A stretch of 64,000 nucleotides of DNA from assembly GCA_937128475.1 (NCBI GenBank), contig CAKZML010000245.1, positions 288 to 64,287 on the forward strand, given 5' to 3'. The notes beneath the pieces were generated by a model, which saw nothing but the letters and a program-made list of their open reading frames with translations, was not told where the DNA came from and searched no databases. Every line of letters begins with the position of its first letter. The stretch's first letter is position 1. Below, in pieces: positions 34,181 through 44,985 of this stretch. This stretch comes from an uncultured Chromatiales bacterium. GTDB taxonomy: Bacteria > Pseudomonadota > Gammaproteobacteria > Steroidobacterales > BM003. The translations under genes and the position numbers were made by a program.

Positions 34181-34705
34181 ATGAACTATTGCAGTGACTG
34201 CGGGAAGCCCATCGTCATAGAGATTCCCGATGGCGATAATGCACTCCGTCACGTGTGCTCGGCCTGCCGAACCATTCACTACAAGAATCCCCTGGTCGTG
34301 GTTGGCTGTGTCCCGGAGTGGGAAGGCAAGCTGCTGTTGTGCAAGCGCGCCATTGAGCCGCGCCTGGGCTACTGGACCGCACCGGCCGGGTTCATGGAGC
34401 TTGGTGAGACCCTGGAAGAAGGCGCTGCAAGAGAAACCCTGGAGGAAGCATGTGCCCAGGTGGAAATCGGGAGCATGCTGGCCGCGGTCTCGGTTCGCCA
34501 CGTAAACCAGGTACACATCATGTTCCGGGCACGCCTGCTGGATGGTCAATTCGCGGCGGGCTCGGAGAGTCTGGAGGTCAAGCTGTTCAGCCCGGACGAA
34601 ATACCCTGGCAGGACCTGGCCTTCCCCAGCGTCACCTTCTCCATCAAGAAGTTACTGGCCGACCCCGATGGGGGCATGCACAGCCATTCCATAGAACCCC
34701 GGTAG
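34181..34705 (+). CDS. NUDIX hydrolase with N-terminal zinc ribbon
   Basis: CSDCG...CSAC zinc ribbon and the Nudix box GFMELGETLEEGAARETLEEA. Confidence 0.85.
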   Translation: MNYCSDCGKPIVIEIPDGDNALRHVCSACRTIHYKNPLVVVGCVPEWEGKLLLCKRAIEPRLGYWTAPAGFMELGETLEEGAARETLEEACAQVEIGSMLAAVSVRHVNQVHIMFRARLLDGQFAAGSESLEVKLFSPDEIPWQDLAFPSVTFSIKKLLADPDGGMHSHSIEPR

Positions 34706-34833
34706 TTTGGACCCAGGTAGTTTGCACCCGGGTACTGTTCGCGCCGCCCCCGGCGTGGCAGAATTAGCCTCTTACCAACGCCCCGCCTTCCCGGTGGCGT
34801 CGACTTCCGAGTAAATGTTGGCTGGAGCTACAA

Positions 34834-35157
34834 ATGACGTTCGTTGTTACCGAGCAGTGTATCAAGTGCAAATACACAGACTGTGTTGAGGTCTGCCCCG
34901 TAGACTGCTTTCACGAAGGACCCAACTTCCTGGTAATTGACCCGGACGAGTGCATTGACTGCACCCTGTGCGAACCGGAATGCCCGGTAGAGGCGATCTC
35001 CGCAGACGATGAGTTACCTGAAGGCGAGGAGAAGTTCATCGAGATCAACGCCCGCCTGGCCAAGCTGTGGCCGGTCATCACGGAAATGAAAGCCGCCCCG
35101 GCGGATGCGGACGACTGGCAGAACAAGCCGGACAAGCTTGCCCTGCTGGAAGAATAG
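34834..35157 (+). CDS. fdxA: ferredoxin (FdxA-type, 7Fe/2x[4Fe-4S]-like)
   Basis: Starts [26 protein letters not shown] and also contains [12 protein letters not shown]. Confidence 0.9.
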   Translation: MTFVVTEQCIKCKYTDCVEVCPVDCFHEGPNFLVIDPDECIDCTLCEPECPVEAISADDELPEGEEKFIEINARLAKLWPVITEMKAAPADADDWQNKPDKLALLEE

Positions 35158-35187
35158 TTCAGCCCTGCAACACCGAAAAACGGATAT

Positions 35188-35217
35188 AAAAAAGCCGGCC
35201 CCAGGGCCGGCTTTTTT
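35188..35217. terminator. bidirectional rho-independent terminator between fdxA and dsbC
   Basis: AAAAAAGCCGGCC-ccag-GGCCGGCTTTTTT, with an A run on one side and a T run on the other. Confidence 0.85.
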
Positions 35218-35235
35218 GTGTATCTCATTTCTCGC

Positions 35236-35994
35236 CTAGTAAGTACCCGGCGGAGTCGTCGCAGCCAGTTCCAGTTTCTTAAGCAGTTCTTCCGGCGCCA
35301 TGTAACCGCCTAGATAATCGCCACGCGCACTGAGTATTGTTGGCGTGCCTCGCAAGCCCAGCTTCAACGCCAGGTCATATTGCTGGCTCACCTGCGCGGC
35401 ATCACATTCGCGAACCGGGAACTCTTTGTCGCTCTTGGCTGCAGTCATGGCACCAGTGCGATCCGTCGCGCACCAGACATCAACCGCCTTCTTCCAGGAT
35501 GCTGTTCCAGGACCGGCAACCGGGTACATCATGTAACGCACCTCAATGCCCAACTCATTCACTCGCTCGATACTCTGGTGGAAGCTTCTGCAATACCGGC
35601 AGTTTATGTCAGTGAATATGGTCACCGCATACGTGGGATTGACCGGCGGCCGGGGCGAAAACACAATCATTTGTGTCTGATCCAGCCCGGTGAGCAACCC
35701 ACGCCTGGCTTCAGTCTTACGCGCCTCGGTCAGGTTCAAGTTGTTATCCAGGTCAATAACCTCACCCTTGATCAGGTAGCGGCCATCCTGGGTCACGTAA
35801 GCCACCTGCGAACCGAGGGTTATCTGATACAAACCGGGTACCGGGCTGTCCTGGATGTTCTCCTCCTCGATCCCCGGGAAGCCACTGGCTAGTTCAGCCG
35901 GTGTTTTCACCTCGGCGGCCTGCAAGCCGGTTGCGCACAGCACGCTACCAAGACAAGACAGGGAAACAAGAAAGAGGGCTCTGAATATACGCAT
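35236..35994 (-). CDS. dsbC: thiol:disulfide interchange protein DsbC
   Basis: Signal peptide, N-terminal dimerisation domain, and thioredoxin fold with CRYC. xerD-dsbC order matches E. coli. Confidence 0.85.
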   Translation of the reverse strand: MRIFRALFLVSLSCLGSVLCATGLQAAEVKTPAELASGFPGIEEENIQDSPVPGLYQITLGSQVAYVTQDGRYLIKGEVIDLDNNLNLTEARKTEARRGLLTGLDQTQMIVFSPRPPVNPTYAVTIFTDINCRYCRSFHQSIERVNELGIEVRYMMYPVAGPGTASWKKAVDVWCATDRTGAMTAAKSDKEFPVRECDAAQVSQQYDLALKLGLRGTPTILSARGDYLGGYMAPEELLKKLELAATTPPGTY

Positions 35995-36127
35995 GGGAAC
36001 AACAGCCTGGCTGAATCAAGAATCAATGGAATTTGACAGACAATGCTGCGCCCGGTTCGCACGGGCATCACTGTCTGCCGGAGGATTCTAGCAAATTCCG
36101 GCTCGGGATTCGGCAGTTTTCAGGCCA

Positions 36128-37066
36128 TCAGCCCCTGGGGTGATGCTGGGAATGCAGCTCTTTCATACGCTCACGGGCCACGTGGGTATAGATCTGGGTG
36201 GTGGACAAGTCGCTGTGACCCAGCAGCATCTGCACTACGCGCAAATCCGCGCCGTGATTGAGCAAATGGGTGGCGAACGCATGTCTCAGGGTATGGGGAG
36301 ACAAGTTGCCTTCCACACCGGCCTTTGCCGCATAGCGCTTGATGATGTGCCAGAACGCCTGGCGGGTCATGCAGTTGCCACGACGGGTGGGGAACAGGAA
36401 TTCAGTTTGCCTCTCCAGCAAAATTTCGCCGCGAGGTCCCGCGCAGAATCGCTCAATCCAGTCCAGGGCTTCTTCACCCAGGGGAATCAGACGTTCACGA
36501 TCACCTTTGCCGGTAATCCGGATCACGCCCTGGTTCAGGTTAACCTGGCTGAGGCGCAAATTAATCAATTCAGAAACACGCAAACCTGCGGCATACAGCA
36601 CTTCAAGCATGGTGCGATCACGATGCCCCAGGGGGTCTTCGGTATCCGGTGCGCCCAACAGCGCCTCTACCTGGGCCTCGGTCAGAGACTTGGGCAGGGA
36701 ACGGCCGATCTTGGGCATTTCAATCTGGGCAGTCGGGTCTTCGCCTATCACTCTTTCCCTTACCAGGTAGCGATAGAAGCGACGGAAACTGGATAACTGG
36801 CGTGCCGTTGAACGAGGACGACCACCGGTTTCAACACGGTGAGCGATATAGGCAAGCAAATCCGCACGGGTCGCCTTCTGCAGGCTGACGCCACGTTTCT
36901 CAAGCCACTCGGACAGCGCCTTCAAATCAGCGCGATAGGCGGAAAGCGTGTTGGCCGAAAGCCCACGTTCCATCCATATCGCATCGAGAAAGCTGTCGAT
37001 GGTGACCTCCACAACCGGTTCTTCGCTGGGCGAAGACTGGCGTAACTGTGATGAAATACTTGCCAT
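36128..37066 (-). CDS. xerD: site-specific tyrosine recombinase XerD
   Basis: Trimmed to MASISSQ (ATG 37066). Contains FLDAIWMERGLSANTLSAYRADL and the catalytic HTLRHAFATHLL..GHSDLSTTQIYTH. Housekeeping context next to dsbC. Confidence 0.88.
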   Translation of the reverse strand: MASISSQLRQSSPSEEPVVEVTIDSFLDAIWMERGLSANTLSAYRADLKALSEWLEKRGVSLQKATRADLLAYIAHRVETGGRPRSTARQLSSFRRFYRYLVRERVIGEDPTAQIEMPKIGRSLPKSLTEAQVEALLGAPDTEDPLGHRDRTMLEVLYAAGLRVSELINLRLSQVNLNQGVIRITGKGDRERLIPLGEEALDWIERFCAGPRGEILLERQTEFLFPTRRGNCMTRQAFWHIIKRYAAKAGVEGNLSPHTLRHAFATHLLNHGADLRVVQMLLGHSDLSTTQIYTHVARERMKELHSQHHPRG

Positions 37067-37392
37067 TATTACAAATCCTTGCCGATTACGCCCATCGTGG
37101 GCGTGATCTTCGACGTAAGCGGTCAATTCATCCGGAATCTCTCCGGATCAGCGGGAAGCACCGCAAAGCCCACTGTTTTTCTTGGTGAATGCGAGTATGG
37201 ATTCGTAAAAATGACATGGCCGTGACGGAGGTCACATAATGCCCGGCGCGTTAACATAACTGTGGAACGGTTCACAAAACCAAAGCAATTCCCGGGCTTA
37301 CAACGACACTTTTCGCGCTCTGACAGTCGCTTTCGCTTGCGTTGCACAACGGAATTGGCAATGCTCGCAACACATTTGGTTACCTTTTACTT

Positions 37393-38157
37393 ATGAATCT
37401 TTTGAAACGGTTTTTGATTGCTGTGTGGGGCGTCTATGCCCTGATCGTATTCTTCACGCTGGCTTTGCTACTCACACTGGCCGTGGCGCTGATCCCGTCA
37501 CAAAACATCTGTCGACGCATGGTTCATCGGACAGCCCAACTGATACTCAAGCTCGCCGGCATACCCATGAAAGTCCATCACCTGGACAGGCTGCCAGAAG
37601 GCCCCTGCGTCATCGTCGCCAACCACGCCAGTTACCTGGACGGACCGCTGATCGCTGCCGCCCTGCCTCCGGTATTCAGTTTCGTTATCAAGCAGGAAAT
37701 TCGAAAAATGCCCGGGGCGCACCTGTTGCTGCGGCGGGTAGGCTCACATTTTGTGGAACGGTTTAATCGCAAGAAGGGCGCCGCGGATGCGCGTCGCTTG
37801 CTGGATTCAGCGAAAGACGGCCAGGCACTGGCGTTCTTCGCCGAGGGTACCTTCCAAAAGAAACCAGGGCTGATGCCGTTTCGCATGGGGGCTTTTTCCA
37901 CTGCCGTGCGAGCGGATTTCCCGGTAGTACCCATGGTGATTCGCGGTGCCCGACATATCCTCCCGAGCGGCTCATGGCTGCCCCGCCCCGGAAAACTGGA
38001 AGTCATCATCCAGATGCCGCTCAGGGTGAATCAGCTTGCCGCCAATCCGACACGGGAACTGGTCGCAGCAACCCGCAGCCAGATGTTGCGTGAACTTGGA
38101 GAAGAGGACCTGGCACCGGAGACAACCACCCTGGCCCCGGCTCCCAAAAAGGACTAG
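37393..38157 (+). CDS. 1-acyl-sn-glycerol-3-phosphate acyltransferase family protein (PlsC-like)
   Basis: Trimmed to MNLLKRFLIAVWG (N-terminal TM). HX4D motif NHASYLD and the FAEGT motif. Confidence 0.8.
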   Translation: MNLLKRFLIAVWGVYALIVFFTLALLLTLAVALIPSQNICRRMVHRTAQLILKLAGIPMKVHHLDRLPEGPCVIVANHASYLDGPLIAAALPPVFSFVIKQEIRKMPGAHLLLRRVGSHFVERFNRKKGAADARRLLDSAKDGQALAFFAEGTFQKKPGLMPFRMGAFSTAVRADFPVVPMVIRGARHILPSGSWLPRPGKLEVIIQMPLRVNQLAANPTRELVAATRSQMLRELGEEDLAPETTTLAPAPKKD

Positions 38158-38181
38158 CCCCGGAGAACCTCCGGGGATCGC

Positions 38182-41100
38182 CTACATATTGCGGCGGTAC
38201 TGACCACCTACCAGGTACAACGAATGGGTGATGGTGCCCAGCGAGCAACTCTTCACCGCTTCCATTAATTTACCGAAGGTATTTTCTCCGGCCTGGGCTG
38301 ATGCGGCCAGGGCCTGCAGAGCCTCACCTGAGCGCTCTGCGTGACGCGCCTGGAAGGCCCGCACATTGTCCACCTGGGCGCGCTTTTCTTCTTCGCTGGA
38401 GCGAATCAGTTCAGTGGCCATGACCTCGCTGGCTCCCTGCTCCGAGTCTGGCAGGAAGGTATTCACTCCCACCAGTGGCAGTTCACCGCTGTGCTTCAGG
38501 TGTTCGTAGTACAGACTCTCTTCCTGGATCTTGCCGCGCTGGTACATGCTCTCCATGGCGCCAAGCACACCACCACGTTCGGAGATGCTTTCAAACTCTT
38601 TGTACACCGCCTCCTCGACCATATTGGTGAGGTATTCCAGGGCGAATGAGCCCTGCCAGGGATTCTGGTTGGTGTTCAGACCCAGTTCCTTGTTAATGAT
38701 CATCTGGATGGCCACTGCACGACGCACCGATTCCTCGGTGGGTGTGGTCAGGGCTTCATCATAGGCATTGGTATGCAGGCTGTTGCAGTTATCGAACAGT
38801 GCATACATAGCCTGCAAAGTGGTGCGGATATCGTTGAACTGAATTTCCTGGGCATGCAGGCTGCGACCGGATGTCTGGATGTGATACTTGAGCATCTGGC
38901 TGCGAGGACTCGCTGAATATACCCGCTTCATCGCCCTGGCCCAGATTCGACGAGCCACCCGGCCAATCACCGCGTATTCCGGATCCATACCGTTGGAGAA
39001 GAAGAAACTCAGGTTGGGTGCGAAGTCATCAATCTTCATTCCCCGGCTCAGGTAGTACTCAACGATGGTGAAGCCGTTGGCCAGGGTGAAGGCCAGCTGG
39101 GAAATCGGGTTCGCCCCTGCCTCTGCGATGTGATATCCGCTGATGGAAACCGAGTAGAAATTACGAACTGCGTTATCAATGAAATAGGCCTGTACATCAC
39201 CCATCATTTGCAACGCAAATTCAGTGGAGAAGATGCAGGTATTCTGGGCCTGGTCTTCCTTCAGGATATCGGCCTGAACCGTGCCACGAACCTGTGACAG
39301 GGCATACGAACTGATTCGCTGATAGGTTTCCGCATCAACCAGTTGATCACCGGTGACGCCCAGGGTGGCCAGGCCGAAGCCGTCGTTACCTTCGGGCAAT
39401 TCACCGGCATATGTCGGACGTTTGGCACCGGCGTAAAGTTTGCTAATTTTCTCCTCGGCCTGCTCCCAGCGCCCTTCTTCTTTGAGGTGGCGCTCTACCT
39501 GCTGATCAATCGCGGTGTTCATGAACATGGCCAGGATGATCGGCGCCGGTCCATTAATCGTCATGGATACCGAGGTCGTGGGCGAACACAGATCAAAGCC
39601 CGAATAGAGCTTCTTCATGTCATCCAGGGTGGCGATGGATACACCCGAGTTACCAATGCGGCCGTAGATATCGGGCCGCTCGTCCGGGTCCTCGCCATAC
39701 AAGGTGGTGGAGTCAAAAGCGGTGGACAGACGAGTCGCCGGGTTGCCCAGGGCAAGGTAATGGAAACGTCGATTGGTGCGTTCCGGCGTACCCTCGCCGG
39801 CAAACATGCGGATCGGGTCCTCGGCCTCGCGCCGATAGGGGTATACACCCGCAGTATAAGGATAGGATCCCGGAAGATTTTCGCTCAGCAGGAACCTGAG
39901 CTGATCCGCCCAACCCTTAAGCTGGGGCGCAGCAATTTTCGGCACCTTCTGGTGGGACAGGGTTTCGCTGTAATTGTCGCCACCGATCTCCCGGCCACGC
40001 ACGGTGTAGGAATATTTTTCGCTTTCCACCGCCGCCTTTCTTGTCGGCCACTGCCTGAGCAGCCCCAGGGCTTCCTCGCCCAGGCTGTCCAGGGCGTCGT
40101 TATAGCGCTGGCGCAAACCGGCCAGGGCACCGTCGGAATTATCCAGTGAGGCACTGGGGTACTTGTCCAGGGCGGCGGGTAATTCCGGGTCTTCCAGCAA
40201 CTGGAGTGCCTGGTGACAGGACTGGGCGCGCTCAGCGGCCTCGGCTAACTGTCCATTGATCCCGTCTTCCTTGCGACCGGTTTCTGCAATCTCGGCCAGG
40301 TAGCGATTTCGATTGGCCGGTATGACAGACAACTTGCGCCTGGCCGAATCCGTGAGTTGCTGTGCCGATTCCCAGCGCTTCGCGCCCCGGGGGTCCAGTC
40401 CGGAAAGTTTCTCGCACAAGGCGCTAAACAGGCGGTTCACCCCCCCGTCGTTGAACTGGCTGGCGATGGTGGGAAAGACCGGCAGGTCTTCATCAGCCAC
40501 CTGGAATGCCTTGCGGTTTCGCTTCCACTGCTTGCGCACGTCACGCAGGGCATCTTCGGCGCCGCGCTTTTCGAACTTGTTCAGGGCCACCACGTCGGCG
40601 AAGTCCAGCATGTCGATTTTCTCAAGCTGGCTGGCGGCACCGTAATCCGAAGTCATCACGTACATGGACAAATCCACGTGGTCGACAATCTCCGTATCGC
40701 TCTGACCGATGCCGGCGGTTTCCACGATGATCAGGTCAAAGCCGGCGCTACGCAGTAACTCCACGGTGTCCTTGAGCACTGCACTGGTGGCCAGGTTTTG
40801 CCTGCGGGTAGCGATGGAGCGCATAAAGATGCGGTCATCGGACAGACTGTTCATGCGAATCCGGTCACCCAGCAAGGCGCCACCGGTGCGGCGACGAGTG
40901 GGGTCCACCGCCAGCACCGCGATATCCAGATCCGGCAGCTGACGCAGGAAACGGTTCAGCAATTCATCGGTGAGGCTGCTCTTGCCTGCACCACCTGTGC
41001 CGGTAATACCCAGCACGGGAGCCGTTGAGTCCCCCTGTTTCCAGATCTTACGCAGGGCCTGGACCTTGTCCGGGTGATCCACGGCCTCCTCCAGCAGGGA

Positions 41101-41622
41101 AATCATGCTGGCAATGTCCTTATGATCTCGAGTACTGAGTTGCTGGGCGGAGATCTCGGGACGCGGCCATGCCCTTACCCTCTGGAAAACGTCGTCAATC
41201 ATGCCTTCCAGGCCCATCTGCATACCGTGCTCGGGGCGATAGATTTTTTCCACCCCGTAGGCTTCCAGTTCCACCACCTCATCCGGGGATATCGTGCCAC
41301 CGCCGCCGACGATGATTCGAATGTGCTCGGAATTCAGTTCCTTGAGCATATCCACCATGTATTTGAAGTATTCAACGTGACCGCCCTGGTAGGAACTGCA
41401 GGCAATGGCATCGGCATCTTCCTGCACGGCTGCCCGGACGATATCCGCCACGGAACGGTTATGCCCCAGGTGAACCACTTCCGCGCCGTGACTCTGTAAC
41501 AGACGGCGGATCAGGTTAATGGCCGCATCATGGCCATCAAACAAGGAGGCCGCACTAACGAAACGCAGCGGCGTACGGGTGCGCAACGGGGAAGGATTCG
41601 GGTTATTCAAGGCAGTACTCAT
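38182..41622 (-). CDS. icmF: fused isobutyryl-CoA mutase IcmF (B12-binding domain + MeaB-like GTPase + mutase barrel)
   Basis: 1146 aa. N-terminal DxHxxG (DGHDAAIN), central P-loop GTGGAGKSS, and a C-terminal methylmalonyl-CoA-mutase-like substrate domain. Confidence 0.88.
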   Translation of the reverse strand: MSTALNNPNPSPLRTRTPLRFVSAASLFDGHDAAINLIRRLLQSHGAEVVHLGHNRSVADIVRAAVQEDADAIACSSYQGGHVEYFKYMVDMLKELNSEHIRIIVGGGGTISPDEVVELEAYGVEKIYRPEHGMQMGLEGMIDDVFQRVRAWPRPEISAQQLSTRDHKDIASMISLLEEAVDHPDKVQALRKIWKQGDSTAPVLGITGTGGAGKSSLTDELLNRFLRQLPDLDIAVLAVDPTRRRTGGALLGDRIRMNSLSDDRIFMRSIATRRQNLATSAVLKDTVELLRSAGFDLIIVETAGIGQSDTEIVDHVDLSMYVMTSDYGAASQLEKIDMLDFADVVALNKFEKRGAEDALRDVRKQWKRNRKAFQVADEDLPVFPTIASQFNDGGVNRLFSALCEKLSGLDPRGAKRWESAQQLTDSARRKLSVIPANRNRYLAEIAETGRKEDGINGQLAEAAERAQSCHQALQLLEDPELPAALDKYPSASLDNSDGALAGLRQRYNDALDSLGEEALGLLRQWPTRKAAVESEKYSYTVRGREIGGDNYSETLSHQKVPKIAAPQLKGWADQLRFLLSENLPGSYPYTAGVYPYRREAEDPIRMFAGEGTPERTNRRFHYLALGNPATRLSTAFDSTTLYGEDPDERPDIYGRIGNSGVSIATLDDMKKLYSGFDLCSPTTSVSMTINGPAPIILAMFMNTAIDQQVERHLKEEGRWEQAEEKISKLYAGAKRPTYAGELPEGNDGFGLATLGVTGDQLVDAETYQRISSYALSQVRGTVQADILKEDQAQNTCIFSTEFALQMMGDVQAYFIDNAVRNFYSVSISGYHIAEAGANPISQLAFTLANGFTIVEYYLSRGMKIDDFAPNLSFFFSNGMDPEYAVIGRVARRIWARAMKRVYSASPRSQMLKYHIQTSGRSLHAQEIQFNDIRTTLQAMYALFDNCNSLHTNAYDEALTTPTEESVRRAVAIQMIINKELGLNTNQNPWQGSFALEYLTNMVEEAVYKEFESISERGGVLGAMESMYQRGKIQEESLYYEHLKHSGELPLVGVNTFLPDSEQGASEVMATELIRSSEEEKRAQVDNVRAFQARHAERSGEALQALAASAQAGENTFGKLMEAVKSCSLGTITHSLYLVGGQYRRNM

Positions 41623-41916
41623 CCAGCTAACTCCACCGGGATTCAGGCTCAGCAGCGCATTATACCGAACTCAGGGCTGCCCGGGCCGGTCAATCGGGGC
41701 CCTCCAGGAGCCAAGCCCCTCCCCGGCAAGCCCATAATTCATCAGGTTAATCCACAATTAGGCCTCGGAAAGTACGCTTGTGCGCTGCAATACGCTGGGG
41801 CATCATTCCCGGATGAATGGCGACACAACGCCAATCGGCAGCTAAACCCGGTTTTACCGGTCCCGGAGGCGAGTTCGCTGCGCCTGGGAGCGGAGACAGA
41901 ATGGAGTAATGACATC

Positions 41917-43101
41917 ATGCATAACGATTCGGTAGTTATCCTTTCCGCACTTCGGACACCGATTGGCTCATTCCAGGGACAGCTTTCGCCCCTTACGGCC
42001 CCAAAACTGGCGGCGGCCGCCAATCGCGCTGTACTCGAACAAGCTGGTATCGACCCTGCCCAGATCGGAGAAGTGGTGTACGGCTGCGTATTGCCTGCAG
42101 GCGTGGGACAGGCCCCTGCCCGCCAGGGCGCACTGGCTGCCGGAATTCCCGAAAGCGTGGGCGCGGTGACCATTAACAAGATGTGCGGATCCGGAATGAA
42201 GGCCGTGATGTTCGGTCATGACATGATCGCCTCGGGCGGCTCAGACCTGATCCTGGCCGGTGGCATGGAATCCATGAGCAACGCCCCTTACTTATTGCCC
42301 AAGGCACGCGCCGGTTACCGCATGGGCCACCAGGAAGTACTGGACCACATGTTCTATGACGGTCTGCAGAACGTTTACGACGGCCAGATGATGGGCGTTT
42401 TCGCAGAAGCCACGGCTGAAAAGTACGGCTTCACACGCGAGGAACAGGACGAATTTTCCACCGAATCTGTGCACCGCGCTTTGCGGGCCACCAGCTCCGG
42501 CGCCTTTGCCGATGAAATCGTGCCAGTGACTGTCGAGCACCGCCGCAAGAGTTATGTGGTGGAGCAGGACGAAGAACCCGGTCGCTGCGACATCGACGGC
42601 ATTCCGAAATTACGCGCGGCCTTCAAGCGCGATGGCGGCACGGTAACCGCAGCCAGTTCATCGTCGATTTCAGATGGCGCCGCCTCGGTGCTGCTGGCAT
42701 CGGCCGCCAAGGCAGAGGCCCTGGGAATCAAGCCGCTGGCCTATATTCGTGGACACAGCACGTTTGCCCACGCCCCGGAATGGTTCACTACCGCCCCGGT
42801 TGGCGCCATCAAGAACCTCCAGGAGAAACTTGGCTGGAGCAACGATGACGTGGACCTGTACGAGATCAACGAAGCGTTTGCCGTGGTTACCATGGCAGCC
42901 ATCAAGGACCTGGACCTGGATCCCGCCAAGGTAAATGTGAACGGCGGCGCCTGCGCCCTGGGACATCCCATTGGCGCAACCGGCGCGCGAATTATTACCA
43001 CCTTGTTGCATGCCCTGAAACGCAGCGGCGGCAAGCGAGGCATTGCAGCTCTTTGTATTGGTGGCGGTGAAGCCACCGCTATCGCAGTGGAACTGGCATA
43101 G
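41917..43101 (+). CDS. acetyl-CoA C-acyltransferase (thiolase)
   Basis: ORF 41530..43101 trimmed to ATG 41917 (MHNDSVVILSALRTPIGSF), with GGAG upstream. Active-site NKMCGSGMKA and C-terminal NVNGGACALGHPIGATG. Confidence 0.92.
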   Translation: MHNDSVVILSALRTPIGSFQGQLSPLTAPKLAAAANRAVLEQAGIDPAQIGEVVYGCVLPAGVGQAPARQGALAAGIPESVGAVTINKMCGSGMKAVMFGHDMIASGGSDLILAGGMESMSNAPYLLPKARAGYRMGHQEVLDHMFYDGLQNVYDGQMMGVFAEATAEKYGFTREEQDEFSTESVHRALRATSSGAFADEIVPVTVEHRRKSYVVEQDEEPGRCDIDGIPKLRAAFKRDGGTVTAASSSSISDGAASVLLASAAKAEALGIKPLAYIRGHSTFAHAPEWFTTAPVGAIKNLQEKLGWSNDDVDLYEINEAFAVVTMAAIKDLDLDPAKVNVNGGACALGHPIGATGARIITTLLHALKRSGGKRGIAALCIGGGEATAIAVELA

Positions 43102-43127
43102 CCAAGTCGCTGTTCATGAAACCCCAG

Positions 43128-43170
43128 GGGCGCAGAGGTGGTAATCTCTGCGCCCTGTTGTGTTCCCTTT
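43128..43170 (+). terminator. rho-independent terminator after the thiolase gene
   Basis: GGGCGCAGAG-gtggtaat-CTCTGCGCCC followed by a T-rich tail (TGTTGTGTTCCCTTTTGTG). Confidence 0.65.
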
Positions 43171-43199
43171 TGTGTCTTTGAGAACTGGAGATTCCGACC

Positions 43200-44006
43200 A
43201 TGTCGGAGAACATACTTCTCAACACTGATGAGCGTGGCGTTGCCACGGTTACGCTAAACCGACCGGAGAAGCGTAACGCCTTTGGTGATGAACTTATCAG
43301 CGACCTGACGATGTTGCTGAACGACCTTGATGGCGACGAGACCATCCGGGTGGTTGTACTCACCGGCGCCGGAGATACCTTCTCCGCAGGCGCCGACCTG
43401 AACTGGATGCGGGCCATGGCCGGCTACAGTGAACAGGAAAATTTTGACGACGCGCTGAAGCTGGCGGACCTGATGGAAACCCTGGACCGACTGCGCAAGC
43501 CCACGGTTGCCCGGATCAACGGTCATGCATTTGGCGGCGCGGTGGGCCTGGTGTCCTGCTGCGATATCGCACTGGCCAGCAAGAAAGCCCGGCTGTGTCT
43601 GTCCGAGGTGCGTCTTGGCCTGGTGCCGGCAGTGATCTCACCCTACGTGATTGCTGCTATCGGTCCGCGCCATGCGCGTCGCCTGTTCCTCACCGCCGAG
43701 GCCATCAGCGCCAAGGCTGCCCGCAAGATCGGCCTGGTGCACGCGGTTGCAAAACCCGAGGAACTGGATGAACTGGTAGAAGAACAGGTTCAGATGTTGC
43801 TGCGAGCCGGCCCCCACGCGCTGGCCCAGGCCAAGCGCCTGGTGCAGGACGTGGCGGATGCGGACCCCCAGCGGCGTGACGAGTTGCGGAGAACTACTGC
43901 GGCCCTGATCGCACGATTACGCGGCAGCGCAGAAGGACAGGAAGGCCTGGCAGCATTTCTTGAGAAACGCCCGGCAGCCTGGATTACCCCAGACAAGACA
44001 GACTAG
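43200..44006 (+). CDS. enoyl-CoA hydratase/isomerase family (methylglutaconyl-CoA hydratase-like)
   Basis: 268 aa crotonase fold (LNRPEKRNAF, GAGDTFSAGADL). Lies directly upstream of HMG-CoA lyase, as in liu clusters. Confidence 0.8.
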   Translation: MSENILLNTDERGVATVTLNRPEKRNAFGDELISDLTMLLNDLDGDETIRVVVLTGAGDTFSAGADLNWMRAMAGYSEQENFDDALKLADLMETLDRLRKPTVARINGHAFGGAVGLVSCCDIALASKKARLCLSEVRLGLVPAVISPYVIAAIGPRHARRLFLTAEAISAKAARKIGLVHAVAKPEELDELVEEQVQMLLRAGPHALAQAKRLVQDVADADPQRRDELRRTTAALIARLRGSAEGQEGLAAFLEKRPAAWITPDKTD

Positions 44007-44040
44007 CCCGATGTCAGTCGGGAAGGCTTGAGCAAACCAT

Positions 44041-44940
44041 ATGGCGAATTTTCCGAGCAAAGTTAAAATCGTTGAAGTAGGCGCCCGGGATGGCCTGCAA
44101 AACGAAAACGCACGCATCTGGACTGCCACCAAGGTAGAACTGATCGACCGCCTCAGCGCCTGCGGACTAACAGTCATCGAAGCCAGCAGCTTCGTCAGCC
44201 CCAAGTGGATTCCCCAGCTCTCCGACGCCGAAGATGTCTACACCAGCATTACCCGCAAACCGGGAGTGTCCTACCCCGCCCTGGTACCCAATGTGCAAGG
44301 GCTGGAACGCGCCTTGAAAGTCGGGGTGGAAGAGATCGCGGTGTTCACCGCCGCATCGGAAACCTTCAACCAGCGCAATATCAACGCGTCCATCAAGGAA
44401 TCCATCGAGCGATTCGAGCCAGTCATGAGCGCCGCAAAAGATGCCGGCGTTCGGGTTCGCGGCTACGTCTCCTGTGTACTGGGCTGCCCGTATGAGGGCC
44501 AGGTATCTATCGAGACCGTGGCATCGGTGGCCAGGGACTTGCTGCAACTGGGATGTTACGAAGTATCCCTGGGCGATACCGTTGGCATGGGTACTCCAGC
44601 CGCCGCCAGGTTGATGCTGGAACGGGTGGCAAAAGAAGTACCCATGGAGCAGTTGGGTCTGCACTTCCACGACACCCGCGGCCAGGCGCTTGCCAACCTG
44701 TATGCCTGCCTGGAGATGGGTGCACATATTATCGATACGGCGGTAGCCGGGCTGGGCGGATGCCCCTATGCAAACGGCGCCACCGGCAATGTAGCCACCG
44801 AGGATGTGTTGTACATGCTGCATGGCATGGGCATCGAAACCGGTGTCGACCTTGAACGCCTGCTGGAGGCCGGTCGCTTTATCAGTGCCGCCTTGAATCG
44901 GGCACCGGCCAGCAAGCTGGGACGAATCGGAAAGTTATAG
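44041..44940 (+). CDS. hydroxymethylglutaryl-CoA lyase
   Basis: Contains VKIVEVGARDGLQNE and the HFHDTRGQALAN motif. Confidence 0.9.
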   Translation: MANFPSKVKIVEVGARDGLQNENARIWTATKVELIDRLSACGLTVIEASSFVSPKWIPQLSDAEDVYTSITRKPGVSYPALVPNVQGLERALKVGVEEIAVFTAASETFNQRNINASIKESIERFEPVMSAAKDAGVRVRGYVSCVLGCPYEGQVSIETVASVARDLLQLGCYEVSLGDTVGMGTPAAARLMLERVAKEVPMEQLGLHFHDTRGQALANLYACLEMGAHIIDTAVAGLGGCPYANGATGNVATEDVLYMLHGMGIETGVDLERLLEAGRFISAALNRAPASKLGRIGKL

Positions 44941-44985
44941 AATTCACGTAATTTCGTAATACGACTACCAATCGGGAGAAGACAC

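Noticed and set aside
33830-34549. 239-aa minus-strand ORF spanning the tRNA-Leu 3' end, its terminator and the NUDIX gene
   Set aside because: It overlaps a well-folded tRNA, a canonical terminator and a NUDIX gene with an intact Nudix box on the other strand. It has no motif support.
34701-34740. Two and a half tandem copies of a 15-nt unit (GGTAGTTTGGACCCA / GGTAGTTTGCACCCG / GGTAC...) starting at the NUDIX stop codon
   Set aside because: It is too short and degenerate to be a CRISPR-like or VNTR feature, and there is no associated structure or gene. It is most likely a local duplication of no evident function.
33669-37066. Possible integrated element at tRNA-Leu (tRNA gene followed within 3 kb by a tyrosine recombinase)
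   Set aside because: The recombinase is XerD in its conserved xerD-dsbC housekeeping context. The genes in between (NUDIX, fdxA, dsbC) are core-type. I found no direct repeat of the tRNA 3' end, and no phage, plasmid or transposon genes.
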